Origin: Pseudomonadales bacterium
Lineage (GTDB): Bacteria; Pseudomonadota; Gammaproteobacteria; Pseudomonadales; Azotimanducaceae
DNA length: 64,000 nt
NCBI GenBank assembly: GCA_016779325.1
Contig: JADHNU010000003.1
Location: 14,874-78,873 of the forward strand
Reading direction: 5' to 3'
Both the position numbers and the translations under genes were made by a program. Every line of letters begins with the position of its first letter. The stretch's first letter is position 1. This document shows positions 50,166 through 60,500 of the stretch, one piece after another. The notes beneath the pieces are model-generated. The model had not been told where the DNA came from. It was given only the letters and a program-made list of their open reading frames with translations, and ran no database searches.

Positions 50166-51302
50166 ATGGATTTCACCCGAGTCATTGACCGCCGCCCCAC
50201 GGCGGCGACGAAATGGCAAAAGTACGCGGGCACGGAGATCCTGCCCTTTTGGGTCGCGGATATGGAATTCGAAACCGCCGAACCCATCCTCGATGCCCTC
50301 CAGCGCCGGGTAGCCCATGGCATTCTGGGCTACACGGATGTTCCGGCGTCACTCACGGAAGCGACCCTCGCCTTCCTCCAGAACCGTTACCAGTGGACCG
50401 TGGACCCAAGCTGGATCGTCTGGCTGCCCGGCGTCGTGCCCGGCTTCAACCTCGCCTGCCGCTGCGCCGGAGTGCCGGGGGATAGCGTCCTGCTCACCAC
50501 CCCCGTCTACTACCCGTTTTTTGCGGCGCCGGAGAACGGCGGCCGATCCCGGATAGAAGTGCCGCTGGTCAAAGATGGGCAACGCTGGGTCATGGACTTC
50601 GATGCCCTGGAGCAAGCCGTCCGTCCCGACACGCGTCTATTTATGCTGTGCAACCCGCAGAACCCCACGGGGCGGGTCTACAACCGGGAGGAACTCCTCG
50701 CCCTCGGCGCCTTCGCTGAACGGCACGATCTTTTGATTTGCAGCGACGAGATCCACGCGGAGCTGGTGCTCGACCCAAACACGGTGCATCGACCGATCGC
50801 CAGCTTCGGCGAGGCACTCGCCCTGCGGTCGATTACGCTGATGGCCCCCACAAAAACCTTCAATATTCCCGGCCTGCCCTGCGCCTTCGCCATCATTGCC
50901 GATCCCATGCTGCGGCGACGGTTCCGGCAAGCGCAGGCCGGCCTCGTTCCGAGCGTGGGTCCCCTGGCCTACGCCGCCGCGGAGGCCGCCTACCGCCACG
51001 GCGAACCCTGGCGTCAGGCCATGCTGGCCCAGCTTCGGGCTAATCATGCGCGCCTCGCCGAGGTGATGGCCGCCCTCCCTAGGGTCAGCACAACGCCCGT
51101 GGAAGCCACCTGCTTGGCCTGGCTAGATATTCGTGAACTCGGCCTTCAGGATCCGCCGGCGCACTTCGAGGCCCAGGGGCTGGGCCTATCGCCCGGTGCG
51201 CCCTTCGGTGACGCGAACTTCCTGCGCTTTAACTTCGGGTGCAGCCCAAGCCTCCTTGAGAGCGGGCTGGCGCGCTTCAGGAACGGCGTCGCCGCCGCCT
51301 AG
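50166..51302 (+). CDS. MalY/PatB-type PLP-dependent cystathionine beta-lyase (class I/II aminotransferase fold)
   Basis: True start MDFTRVIDRRPT.ATKW (ATG 50166); FWVADMEF, CNPQNPTGRV, SDEIH and APTKTFNIPGL (PLP Lys), the typical MalY/PatB pattern. Confidence 0.8.
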   Translation: MDFTRVIDRRPTAATKWQKYAGTEILPFWVADMEFETAEPILDALQRRVAHGILGYTDVPASLTEATLAFLQNRYQWTVDPSWIVWLPGVVPGFNLACRCAGVPGDSVLLTTPVYYPFFAAPENGGRSRIEVPLVKDGQRWVMDFDALEQAVRPDTRLFMLCNPQNPTGRVYNREELLALGAFAERHDLLICSDEIHAELVLDPNTVHRPIASFGEALALRSITLMAPTKTFNIPGLPCAFAIIADPMLRRRFRQAQAGLVPSVGPLAYAAAEAAYRHGEPWRQAMLAQLRANHARLAEVMAALPRVSTTPVEATCLAWLDIRELGLQDPPAHFEAQGLGLSPGAPFGDANFLRFNFGCSPSLLESGLARFRNGVAAA

Positions 51303-53776
51303 GCTCCACGGCGCGCTGCTGCCGCAGCCTCGACGGCCTCGCGAAGCGCCGCATCTTCGGCCAGCGCCGCTTGAAAGGCTTCGGCGCCGAGCTCGAGTAG
51401 GTCGGCAAAACCAGCCGCCACGACGGTCGCATTTCGAGGCTGTCCGTCCAGGAGCGCAAGCTCGCCGAAAAAATCCCCCGAGCCCAGCAGTACGGGCCCC
51501 GTCGGCGTCTCCACGCGAAGCGCTCCGCTGGAAATGAAAAACATGCTTTGCCCCGGCGTCCCCGCCTCCACCACCGTTTCCTCCGGTAACACCAAACGCG
51601 GTCGAAGCCGCTCAGCAAGGCGGGCCAGCTGGGCCGCCTCAAGGTGCGAAAAGAGCCCGACCTTGGCCAGTAGGCGCGCGGGCTCGAGCCCCAAATCGAG
51701 GGGAAGCTGAGCCAAGGCATCCTCCTGCGCCCCGAGCGCTGCCCGAAGGTCGCGATAGGCATCAGGCGTGAGCACCCCTTCTTCCAACATGGCCTCGTAA
51801 CGCTGGCCTTCCAAACGGAGGGCCCCCCGCTCGAGGATCCGCTGGGAGAGATGGGCGGCATACTCAGGATACTGACTTCGCAGACTCTCTAGGGCCTGGG
51901 TAATCGCTGCCTCTCGGGTCTCAAAGGCGTCCTCCAAGGACCGAGCCGCCGCCGCGGGCATAAGTGCCGTGAACCTTGGCAGGCTCTCCCGACGCACATC
52001 GCCGAGCGCAAGCTCCGTTGCCGTTAAACGCTCAAACCGGTCTCGCACCTGGCCGCTCAGGGGACCGAGCCAAGCGAAGCGGCGCTGCAGGGAAAGGGCC
52101 AGCCGAAAGCGCCAGTCGAAGGCGAGATTTCGGTCGAGCGCTGCCGCCCAGCCGGCGAGGCCACGCATGCGCAACCCATCTTGGAGATCCTCTAGCTTTT
52201 GCGCAGCGGTGCGAAACACGGGCGAAGCTAGGAACCCCTCTTCAAACTGCTCCGCGTAGGCCCGTTGCTCGCGCACCGCTAGGTTCGCAAGGCCCAAACG
52301 CACCCACGCCTCATCACTCAACTCGTTCTCGGCGCGCTCCTTGGCGCCGGCGTCTTCGCTACGACGGTGATAGGCCCCGCTCACCCTTTCCACCACGTCT
52401 TGGGGGGCCTTCTGTCGCTCCGCAATGGCGGACACGGATTGGGAGATGTCCTCTAGCGCCCCCGAAAGGGCTCGATCGCGAAGGACCCGATCTTCCGGAC
52501 CCAGGGCATCGAGGCGAAAAAAGCGAATCAAAAGCCCCACCGTAGGCGCCTGAACAAAGAGGGTGAACAGCACAAAGCCCGCCACCAACACCCCGACGAA
52601 CTGCTGCACTGCCGCAGGGAAGCGCGGATCCTCGAGCACGATCAAAGCCAAGGCGAGGGACACGGCGCCCCGAAGCCCGCCCCAAAGCATCACCGCTTTG
52701 AAGGCCGGGGAAACCCGCTCTGCCAACCGGCCCCGCGTTAAAAGGGGGAGAAGGCCGAAAATGATGGCCGCGCGCGCAAGCACGGCCGTCACGACAAGAA
52801 CCGCAAGCCATAGCCCTTGCTGGGCCGTGAAATCAGCCAGCAAACCCGGTACGGCCAGGCCCACGAGGAGAAAGATCAAGGAATTGGCCCAGAAGCCGAG
52901 CTGCTCCCAGGTCTCGTGGAGCCCGTGCCAATGATGGGGAGGCAGCACGCTCGGCCCCCGAGCGCTGAGCACCAAGGCGGCACTGACAACCGCCATCACC
53001 CCAGACACATGCAGGTAATGCTCACCAAGCAAAAAAGCGAAGTAGGCCAGCGCGACGGTCAGGCTGCGCTCCGCCAGCGCTTCGCCCCCCAGCCGTGGCA
53101 GCAGCGCCATAAACAGCCGTCCCAGCACAAGGCCCACGGCAACGCCCCCGAGAAACACGCGAAGGAAATCGGCTAACCCCTGCCCCAAGGTCGGGCTCAC
53201 GCCGCTCGTCAGCACGGTCGCCAGGAGGGTAAAAAGGACGATAGCGGTGGCATCGTTAAAGAGGCTTTCCCCTTCCACCAAAATGGCAAGACGCTTGGGT
53301 GCCCCCACTTCCTTGAAAATAGCCACCACCGCCACCGGGTCCGTGGCCGAGCAGATGGCTCCCAGCATCAAGCAGGCCACGAGCGCCATGCCAGATACGG
53401 CGGCCAGGCTAAGGCCAATGATGGCGGTAGATAGGAGCAAACCCACCACCGCAAGAAACAGAATGGGCCCTAAATCTTCGACGAGGCGCCGCACGTTCAT
53501 GGCCAATGCCGCCTCAAATACAAGCACGGGAAGGAAAACAAAAAGCACCGCATCGGCGGTAATCTCCATGCGATGCAAAGCGCCGAGCATATCCGTTAGC
53601 ACCGGGAGCTGAAGCGCTTCCATGCCGTGCGCGCCCAGGCCAAGCCCAATGCCCACCAGCGCCAACAGCACGGTAAAGGGAAAGGCCAAGCGACGGGCCA
53701 CGGGCACCATGAGCACCGCCAGGGCAAGAAGGCTCGCCAATCCGAGCACCGTGGACCAAACACCCGCTGCATGCAT
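51299..53776 (-). CDS. CPA1-family Na+/H+ antiporter fused to a C-terminal cyclic-nucleotide-binding domain
   Basis: True start MHAAGVWST (53776). N-terminal roughly 12-TM NhaP-like domain (ATDPVAV, ESLFNDA), a long helical linker, and a C-terminal CNB domain with the phosphate-binding cassette GDFFGELALL..QPRNATVVA. Confidence 0.85.
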   Translation of the reverse strand: MHAAGVWSTVLGLASLLALAVLMVPVARRLAFPFTVLLALVGIGLGLGAHGMEALQLPVLTDMLGALHRMEITADAVLFVFLPVLVFEAALAMNVRRLVEDLGPILFLAVVGLLLSTAIIGLSLAAVSGMALVACLMLGAICSATDPVAVVAIFKEVGAPKRLAILVEGESLFNDATAIVLFTLLATVLTSGVSPTLGQGLADFLRVFLGGVAVGLVLGRLFMALLPRLGGEALAERSLTVALAYFAFLLGEHYLHVSGVMAVVSAALVLSARGPSVLPPHHWHGLHETWEQLGFWANSLIFLLVGLAVPGLLADFTAQQGLWLAVLVVTAVLARAAIIFGLLPLLTRGRLAERVSPAFKAVMLWGGLRGAVSLALALIVLEDPRFPAAVQQFVGVLVAGFVLFTLFVQAPTVGLLIRFFRLDALGPEDRVLRDRALSGALEDISQSVSAIAERQKAPQDVVERVSGAYHRRSEDAGAKERAENELSDEAWVRLGLANLAVREQRAYAEQFEEGFLASPVFRTAAQKLEDLQDGLRMRGLAGWAAALDRNLAFDWRFRLALSLQRRFAWLGPLSGQVRDRFERLTATELALGDVRRESLPRFTALMPAAAARSLEDAFETREAAITQALESLRSQYPEYAAHLSQRILERGALRLEGQRYEAMLEEGVLTPDAYRDLRAALGAQEDALAQLPLDLGLEPARLLAKVGLFSHLEAAQLARLAERLRPRLVLPEETVVEAGTPGQSMFFISSGALRVETPTGPVLLGSGDFFGELALLDGQPRNATVVAAGFADLLELGAEAFQAALAEDAALREAVEAAAAARRGA

Positions 53777-53948
53777 ATGCTTCCCCTCTCCCGCCCCGTT
53801 TCCCTTGCCGCGAGGGAAGCACAATCTTCCAAAATTCCCAAGCACCTTTTTTCCCAAGGGCTTATCATGCCCCTGGGGAAAGTCGTCAGCGACGGAGGGG
53901 ACTGTGGAAGGGCAAAACCGGCCTCAGGCACACGGCGTTGTGCTGGAA

Positions 53949-55634
53949 ATGGTGCTCGTGATTCTCATCGGCTCGGGCATTGGCGTGCTCATGGCGCTAG
54001 CGTCGAGTTACTTCGTGCTGGGCGTGGGCGCCCTGACTCGCCTGCGCCAGGCGGGGGCCAGCCACCTTCCGGAAAGCCTCGCACCCCTCACAACCTTTAC
54101 GCCGCTTCTAGCCCTGCTCCTGGCCGCAGCGCTGGTGATTCTTGTGCGCCGCCTCTTCGGCATTACGCGCTGGCATGGTCCCGCCGACTCCATCCTGAGC
54201 GCCCACCAAAGCGGTAATACGCTCGACGTCCGGGCAGGCCTGGGATCTACCTTCGCGGCCTTCCTCTCCGCCGGCGGCGGCGCGTCCGTCGGCCAGTACG
54301 GCCCTCTCGTCCATTTTGGGGCAACCCTTGCCGCGCTGGTCGGTAAGCTCGGAGGGACGAAAGTTCGCAGCGATACCTTCATCGGCTGCGGCGTAGCCGC
54401 CGCTATCTCCGCGGGCTTTAACGCGCCCCTCGCCGGCATGGTCTTCGCTCACGAAGCCATTTTGCGCCACTACTCTTGGCGCGCTATTGCCCCCATTTCC
54501 ATCGCCTCCATTGCCGCCTCGGCAACGGCCCAACACCTTTTCGAGGGTTCCGTGGTGTTCTCCGTGGAGCCCATCCCCTTCGCGCTCCTTGACGTCATGC
54601 CCTACGTGCTTCTGGCGGGTCCCCTGGCCGGCTTAACCGCCGTCGCCTTTCTCCACAGTGTTCGCACCGTCGCCCGTTGGGCGCCCCGGAGCGGCCTCGG
54701 ACCGGAACGCAATATTCTTCTCGCGGCCCTTTTGTGCGGTCTTCTGGGCATGGCCGTCCCGGAAATCTTGGGGCTGGGCACAGGGACGGTGAACGACACC
54801 CTTGACGGGCGCTTTGCTCTAGCGACCCTAGGCGTTCTACTGGTGGCGAAGTTGGCCGCGAGTGCGCTGTGCCTGGGCCTCGGCCTTTACGGTGGGATTC
54901 TGTCGCCCGCGCTGTTCATCGGCGCAAGCCTGGGCGCGGGGGTCGCTGCGGCCCTTAGTGGCCTCGGTCTGGAGGTTGCCGCGCCGGTGCTTACCGTGGC
55001 GGCGATGGTGGCCGTGGGGGGCGCGGTCATCGGCGCACCGATTGCGGCCATCCTCATCGCCCTGGAAATGACCGGAAGCTACCCCTACGCCGTAGCCGCC
55101 CTCCTCACGGTCACCCTAGCAGCGCTCGTCTCCCAGCGCCTCTTCGGCCTGTCCTTTTTCGACCGCCAGCTCATGGATCGGAGCATCAACATTCAGGCCG
55201 GGCGCCAAACCATTGCGCTTCAGGAGCAAACGGTCGGTCCCCTCGCTACCGACGCCTATCTGGCCCTCGCGGCGGACAGCACGGCGGCAGACGGCAAGGC
55301 GGCCATGGTGCGCGCGGGGGTCACGGAAGCCTACGTCCTCGCCGCCGATCGCACCCTTCAGGGGAAGGTCTCCTTGCATCAGCTCTTGGCTGCGTCAAAC
55401 GACGACCGTACCCTTGGCGAGCTCATGAGCCGGGATATGCTGGTTTTACAGGCGCCCATGAGCCTGCTGGATGCCATGGAAGCCATCACGGATTTCGTCG
55501 GGGAAAGCTTGCCGGTGTGTGAGGGCGGTATCGAAGGCAAACCTGGACGCTTCCTCGGCGCCGTGTCCGAGGGTGATCTCTTCGCTGCCTATTTGGCCGT
55601 GTCCCGCTCCGTCTTCCATTTGGAGCACAGCTAA
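53949..55634 (+). CDS. ClC-family chloride channel/transporter with C-terminal CBS pair
   Basis: ClC motifs GGGASVGQYGP (GxEGP-like), the GFNAPLAGMVFAHE selectivity region and GGILSPALFIGA, plus a C-terminal CBS-like region. The start is uncertain (ATG 53949 or GTG 53940). The upstream part of the 670-aa ORF is non-coding read-through. Confidence 0.85.
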   Translation: MVLVILIGSGIGVLMALASSYFVLGVGALTRLRQAGASHLPESLAPLTTFTPLLALLLAAALVILVRRLFGITRWHGPADSILSAHQSGNTLDVRAGLGSTFAAFLSAGGGASVGQYGPLVHFGATLAALVGKLGGTKVRSDTFIGCGVAAAISAGFNAPLAGMVFAHEAILRHYSWRAIAPISIASIAASATAQHLFEGSVVFSVEPIPFALLDVMPYVLLAGPLAGLTAVAFLHSVRTVARWAPRSGLGPERNILLAALLCGLLGMAVPEILGLGTGTVNDTLDGRFALATLGVLLVAKLAASALCLGLGLYGGILSPALFIGASLGAGVAAALSGLGLEVAAPVLTVAAMVAVGGAVIGAPIAAILIALEMTGSYPYAVAALLTVTLAALVSQRLFGLSFFDRQLMDRSINIQAGRQTIALQEQTVGPLATDAYLALAADSTAADGKAAMVRAGVTEAYVLAADRTLQGKVSLHQLLAASNDDRTLGELMSRDMLVLQAPMSLLDAMEAITDFVGESLPVCEGGIEGKPGRFLGAVSEGDLFAAYLAVSRSVFHLEHS

Positions 55635-55643
55635 GGAGCCCCC

Positions 55644-56585
55644 ATGGTCAGCGCAAGACAACGGCGTGCCTATGAGATCCTAGAGAAGAGCGACGGCGAG
55701 GGCGACTGGGCCAGTCGCTTCTGCGACCGCTTTCTTGCGGGCTTCATTGTGCTGAATTTGGTGGCCATCTCCCTCGAGTCCGTGGACAGCCTAGCCGAGC
55801 TTTACCACCCTTATTTTTTCGCCTTCGAACTGCTGTCCGTCGGCGTTTTTGGCCTCGAGTACGCCCTACGCCTTTGGGCGGCCCCGGCCAGCGGCGCCGC
55901 GCCAACACCTCTGAGAGCGCGTTTGCGCTATGCCCTCAGTTTCCACGGCCTAGTCGACCTCATCGCGATCCTGCCCTCCCTCGTGGCCTTTTTCGCGACC
56001 GGGGCCGATCTTCGCTGGCTCCGGGTCCTGCGCATGCTGCGACTATTTAAGATTTCTCACTACAATTCGGCCCTTGAAGATCTGTTTTCAGCGCTGCGAG
56101 AAGAGAGGAGCTCCTTCGCAGCGGCCCTCTATCTCTTCCTAATTGCTTTTTTCATTGCCAGCACGTTGATGCACCTCGCGGAGCGCACCCTCCAGCCCGA
56201 GCACTTCGGATCCATTCCCGCAGCCATGTGGTGGTCCATCATCACGCTAACCACCGTGGGCTACGGCGACGTATCCCCCCTTTCCATCCTCGGCAAAATC
56301 ATTGGCGGCGGCACCGCGCTCATGGGGGTCTGTACCGTTGCGCTACTCACCGGGATCATGGCCAACGCATTCGCCAATCAGGTGCAGGGGCGGCGCACCA
56401 TTTTTGAGGCCGAAGTGGCTCACGCCCTGGAAGATGGGACCATTACGGAAGACGAGCAACGCCTCCTAGACGAGCTCCGCACGCGCTTCGACTTCAGCGA
56501 GGAGTATGCCCGCGCCATCATCGATCTGGCCCGAGAAAAGCTCGAAGGCGAAGACGCGAATTCCCCGCCCAGCGCCGGGGCCTAA
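55644..56585 (+). CDS. Voltage-gated-type (6TM) potassium channel
   Basis: S4 with Arg every third residue (LRWLRVLRMLRLFK) and selectivity filter TLTTVGYGD. It starts 10 nt after the ClC stop. Confidence 0.88.
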   Translation: MVSARQRRAYEILEKSDGEGDWASRFCDRFLAGFIVLNLVAISLESVDSLAELYHPYFFAFELLSVGVFGLEYALRLWAAPASGAAPTPLRARLRYALSFHGLVDLIAILPSLVAFFATGADLRWLRVLRMLRLFKISHYNSALEDLFSALREERSSFAAALYLFLIAFFIASTLMHLAERTLQPEHFGSIPAAMWWSIITLTTVGYGDVSPLSILGKIIGGGTALMGVCTVALLTGIMANAFANQVQGRRTIFEAEVAHALEDGTITEDEQRLLDELRTRFDFSEEYARAIIDLAREKLEGEDANSPPSAGA

Positions 56586-57484
56586 GCCCCCCGGCGGCGC
56601 CGTGCAGACAGAACGGCCACCATGCTGGGCGGCGCCTCGGCCCGCCCGAGGGTGCGTAATACAATGCTTCGCAACACCGCCAGCAAACCTGCGTTCAAGC
56701 CTGCGAGATCGGCAACGAGCCGTTCCATCGGCAAGACCAGGGCGTTGATTGTGCTTAAGGGGGTCGCGGTAAATTCTGGCAAACCACACAGGCTACCGCT
56801 CAGCCCCAGCACCGTGCCTGGCCCACCGTAAAAGGTCATACCATCGCACTGGAACCTCACCGAGCCATGGGTCAGCACCAGCGCCTGGCCGAAGGAAAAG
56901 AGCACCTGACGGAGATCCTTTTCCTCACTCAAGGCCAGGGTGTCGAGTTTGGGATTGAGCACCAGTTTGAGCAGGAGGAACTCGGGCACGGCGAGCTGAT
57001 GGGCCGGCGAGGTAAGCGTGTGCTGAAGCTCCCCTCGGCTGCGCCCCAACATGAGCCGATCTACGGGAACCTGAAAGGGCGTAGCCTCCGCCAGCCGACC
57101 CTGGCGGGCGCGGTTCCAAAGGGACAGCTCGAGCATGGCCGCGTGAAAGAGCGCTTGGAGGGAGGCGTTCTGCTTCTCCAGGGTTTCCCGAAGGGCCCCC
57201 GCGGGAATCTCCAAGAGCGTGCTGGGTAAGTGGCTCCGGGCGGCGGCACTGCGCACGCCGCCGCGAAGAATCGCCTGCTCCCCAAACGCTTCTCCGGCGC
57301 CCGCCATCCCAACCACGGCGCCGGTTTGCCCGTCGACCATGGCCATGCGGCCCTCTTCCACGAGGTAGAGGGCATCCGCCGGCGCTCCGGCCTCAAACAG
57401 CACCGCGTCCTGGGGCACGATAACCCGAAAGAAACCCTTCTGCCCCGCCGCTGCGCGACGCTCGATACGCGCCTGTTCCATCAT
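56582..57484 (-). CDS. Stand-alone cyclic-nucleotide-binding protein (one clear CNB domain plus a second degenerate CNB-like half)
   Basis: 300 aa. The N-terminal CNB has FEAGAPADALYLVEEG...GEAFGEQAIL...RSAAARS. The C-terminal half has a beta-roll-like pattern but no clear cassette. No output domain is present. Its 3' end overlaps the convergent K+ channel gene by 4 bp. Confidence 0.75.
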   Translation of the reverse strand: MMEQARIERRAAAGQKGFFRVIVPQDAVLFEAGAPADALYLVEEGRMAMVDGQTGAVVGMAGAGEAFGEQAILRGGVRSAAARSHLPSTLLEIPAGALRETLEKQNASLQALFHAAMLELSLWNRARQGRLAEATPFQVPVDRLMLGRSRGELQHTLTSPAHQLAVPEFLLLKLVLNPKLDTLALSEEKDLRQVLFSFGQALVLTHGSVRFQCDGMTFYGGPGTVLGLSGSLCGLPEFTATPLSTINALVLPMERLVADLAGLNAGLLAVLRSIVLRTLGRAEAPPSMVAVLSARRRRGA

Positions 57485-57572
57485 GACCCCCTTCCGTATT
57501 CGAAGACAGTGCTAGGATGATTCCAAAGCGTGCGCGCCCAAGGACGGCCTCGCCACAACGGAGACTATACCG

Positions 57573-60500
57573 ATGAAGCGCTTGCCACGGGTCCTACTAC
57601 TGGCCTTCCTAGCCGGGCTCGCTGCCTGCGGCGGCGGCGCGGGGGGCGGGGGCGGCCCTGCCCCTTCCCCGACTCCAAGCCCTCCCGCCCTGGCGGTGCT
57701 CTCGGGGGTAGCGGCCACCGGTCAAGCTCTAAGCGCCGCAACCATTCGTTTGGAAAACGCCGCAGGGGAAACCCTGGCCCAAACGATGGCAACCGAGGCT
57801 GGGCGCTTTACCCTGCGCATCCCTCGGGATGCCACCGGGCCTCTCACCTTACGCGCAGCGGAGGCCGGCTTGCGCGCCTTCCTCCCGGAACTTCCGAGCC
57901 CGGGCGGCAGCGCAACGGTCCACATCAACCCCATTACGGAGGCCGTTTCCCGACGCTTCTCCACCCCCCCCGGCACCTTAAGCGCGCTCAGCACCGCCGG
58001 CGATCGTCTTCTCGCGGAGGCCGTTGGTTCCACAGCCTACGGCCTTTTTGCCAGCGACCCCACTTTTCAGGCGCGGAGCGCCAGTAGCCGCGGGACCCCT
58101 GCTGACGCCCTACTCGACGCCCTGACGGTTTTATCTGCCGCGGAAGAAGAAACCTTAGCTGACGCGCTGGGACGGTGGGCGGAAGCGGGCTCGGGGCCCA
58201 AAACCGGCCTCGCCCTTCCCGGCCTCCTCAGCTACGGCCTGCTCCAGAACGACCTATCTGTGGCCGAGGTGCCCACGGCTTTTGAAACGCTAGGCCTGGA
58301 AAATCGTCGTAGCGATGCGGCAGTCCAGCAGGCCGCGGCCCTACTCGCTGCCGAGGCAGAACCCGTCGCGATCACCAACCTTGCCGTCAGCGGCGCGTTC
58401 TTCGCGCTGAGTGGTCTGGACGAGGCCGGTACCCTCGCCGACCTCACGGATGCTCGCGTGGCACCGGCCTTACTCGGCACCCTGACCCGCGCGCTTGAGG
58501 ACCTAACGCTCACGGCTGTTATCGATCCCGCTCGCGACCGAACGCTGCTGGCGCGCACCGCCGCGGCGGCCCATCGGCTTGGTCGCCTTGTGGCTCCGCT
58601 GCCCGCGCAGGCCCTTTCGCAGGACGGCAACCGCGGCCTCCTCGACCTGGCCCTGGCCGCGAGCTCCGTCGGCGGAGCGCTCCTCACGGACCTCCTGGCG
58701 GGGCCTGCGGATGCGCTGCCTGCCCCGCTCACGGTGGACAGTCTGGAAGGGGCCCGGGAAGCCCTCCAAACCCTGCTTGAGGGCACCCCGACGGTGGCTG
58801 CGCAAGCGGACCTCGATGGAGACGGGACGCCCTTCCCGAACGACACCTTTCCCTTTGATCCGACGGAGCAGCAAGACAGCGATGGCGATGGCCTGGGCAA
58901 TAACACGGACCCGGACGACGACAACGACGGCATTCCCGACACGGAAGATGAACGGCCTCTGACCCCCGATGCGATTGCGCCCAGCGCCCGCTTTAGCGCC
59001 AGCACCGTCGAGGCGCTGGCCCCCGCCCTGGTGACCTTTGATGCCAGCGCAAGCCTCCCCGGGGGCCCCCTAGCCACCCTCGAATCTTTTAGCTGGCGCT
59101 TTGGTGATGGCAGCGAAGGCTTGGGTCAACTCGTGGCCCACCGCTTCGATAGTCCCGGGATCTTCCCGGTTACTCTGACCGTGGAAAACAGCGCAGGCCT
59201 GAGTGCCTCAATCACCCAAACCCTCACCATTCGCCCCGCCACAGGCACGGTGCAGATCAGCGGCTTCGTCGACATCGCCAGTTCTAGCAATGTCGATTCC
59301 GATCTCAACGATCCGGACAGCCTGGTGCGATCCAATAACCAGCTTGCCGAAGCGCAACCTATCGCCAATCCAACCCAGCTCGGGGGCTATCTTAATGCTC
59401 CCGAAGGCGGCGCGTCGGGCCCGCTTTTCGTCAGCGGCGACGCGATCGATTACTTTCGCTTCGACGCCGTGGGCGGCGAGGTCATTGATCTCAACATTGC
59501 CGAACCCGATGAACTGGATATCGATCTCTACCTCCTAACGCTGGACGGACAAGAAGTAGATGCCTCGATTAACCTGGGAAGCCGGGAGCAGGTCATCGTC
59601 CCTGAGGCTGGCGCGTACCTCCTGAGCGTCGAGATTTTCGACGGCGCAGGCGGCTCAAACTACATCTTGCAGCTGAGCACGCAGGCCCTCGGCGCCAACA
59701 TCGCCCCCACCTTGTGGCAAGCGAGCGACCCCTTCGTGCCCTACGAGCTTCTCTACCTAGAGAAGCCAGCCGCAAAGGCAGGATACGGGCAACGGCTAGC
59801 AGACCTCACTCGGGGCTTGGCCTCCCAGCGCGCAGGAGCGCTCCACCGGCTCGTTCTGAAGCCTCAGGCCGGGGCGCGAAGCCCCTTGACCCGCCGACCC
59901 TCGGAGAGCGCCCAGGACCCTCAGCGACGCGCCGCCCGCCCGACCCGCCACCCGGGAAAAGGTGCTGTGCTTCGTGCGATGAAACGCCTGCAGCAATCCG
60001 GTGCAGTGACTTTCGCCGAACCCAATCTGCGACGCCGCGCCTACGTCACGCCAAACGATCCTGCCTTCGCCGTGCAGTGGCATTTTGGAAACTTAAAGCT
60101 CGAAGATGCTTGGGAGCTGACCCAGGGCAGCGACGAGGTCATCGTCGCGGTCATCGACACCGGCGTCATTGACCATCCCGACCTGCAAGATCGCCTTGTC
60201 GGAGGCTACGACTTCATCGCCCAAGCCGACAACGCCCTCGATGGCGATGGCATTGACCCGGACCCTACGGACCCGGGGGATGGCTGCGGCGGTCTTTTCC
60301 CCTCAAGCTTTCACGGAACCCACGTGGCCGGCACTATCGGGGCGAGTACGAATAATGGCGTAGGCGTCGCGGGCGTAACCTGGGCAGGAAGAATCATGCC
60401 CCTCCGGGTCCTCGGCTGCGACGGCGGCACCAGCTTCGACATCGTACAAGCGGTTCGCTACGCCGCAGGTCTCGATAACGTCTCGGGGACCCGACCGCCA

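Noticed and set aside
53921-53948. CACA-cggcgt-TGTG inverted arms near the ClC start, considered as a Crp/CNB-regulator operator.
   Set aside because: The arm orientation and spacing do not match TGTGA-N6-TCACA. The element is only 4+4 bp and may lie inside the coding region if the GTG at 53940 is the start.
57625-57665. G-run (ggcggcggcgcggggggcgggggcggc) that could form a G-quadruplex.
   Set aside because: It encodes the Gly-rich linker immediately after the lipobox cysteine of the lipoprotein. That is a sufficient explanation, and there is no evidence for a separate DNA-level role.
58806-58952. Short periodic Asp-codon repeats (gac/gat-rich) that could look like a tandem DNA repeat.
   Set aside because: They are in frame within the protease gene and encode thrombospondin type-3-like DxDxDG calcium-binding repeats. 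They are not a non-coding repeat or a CRISPR-like array.
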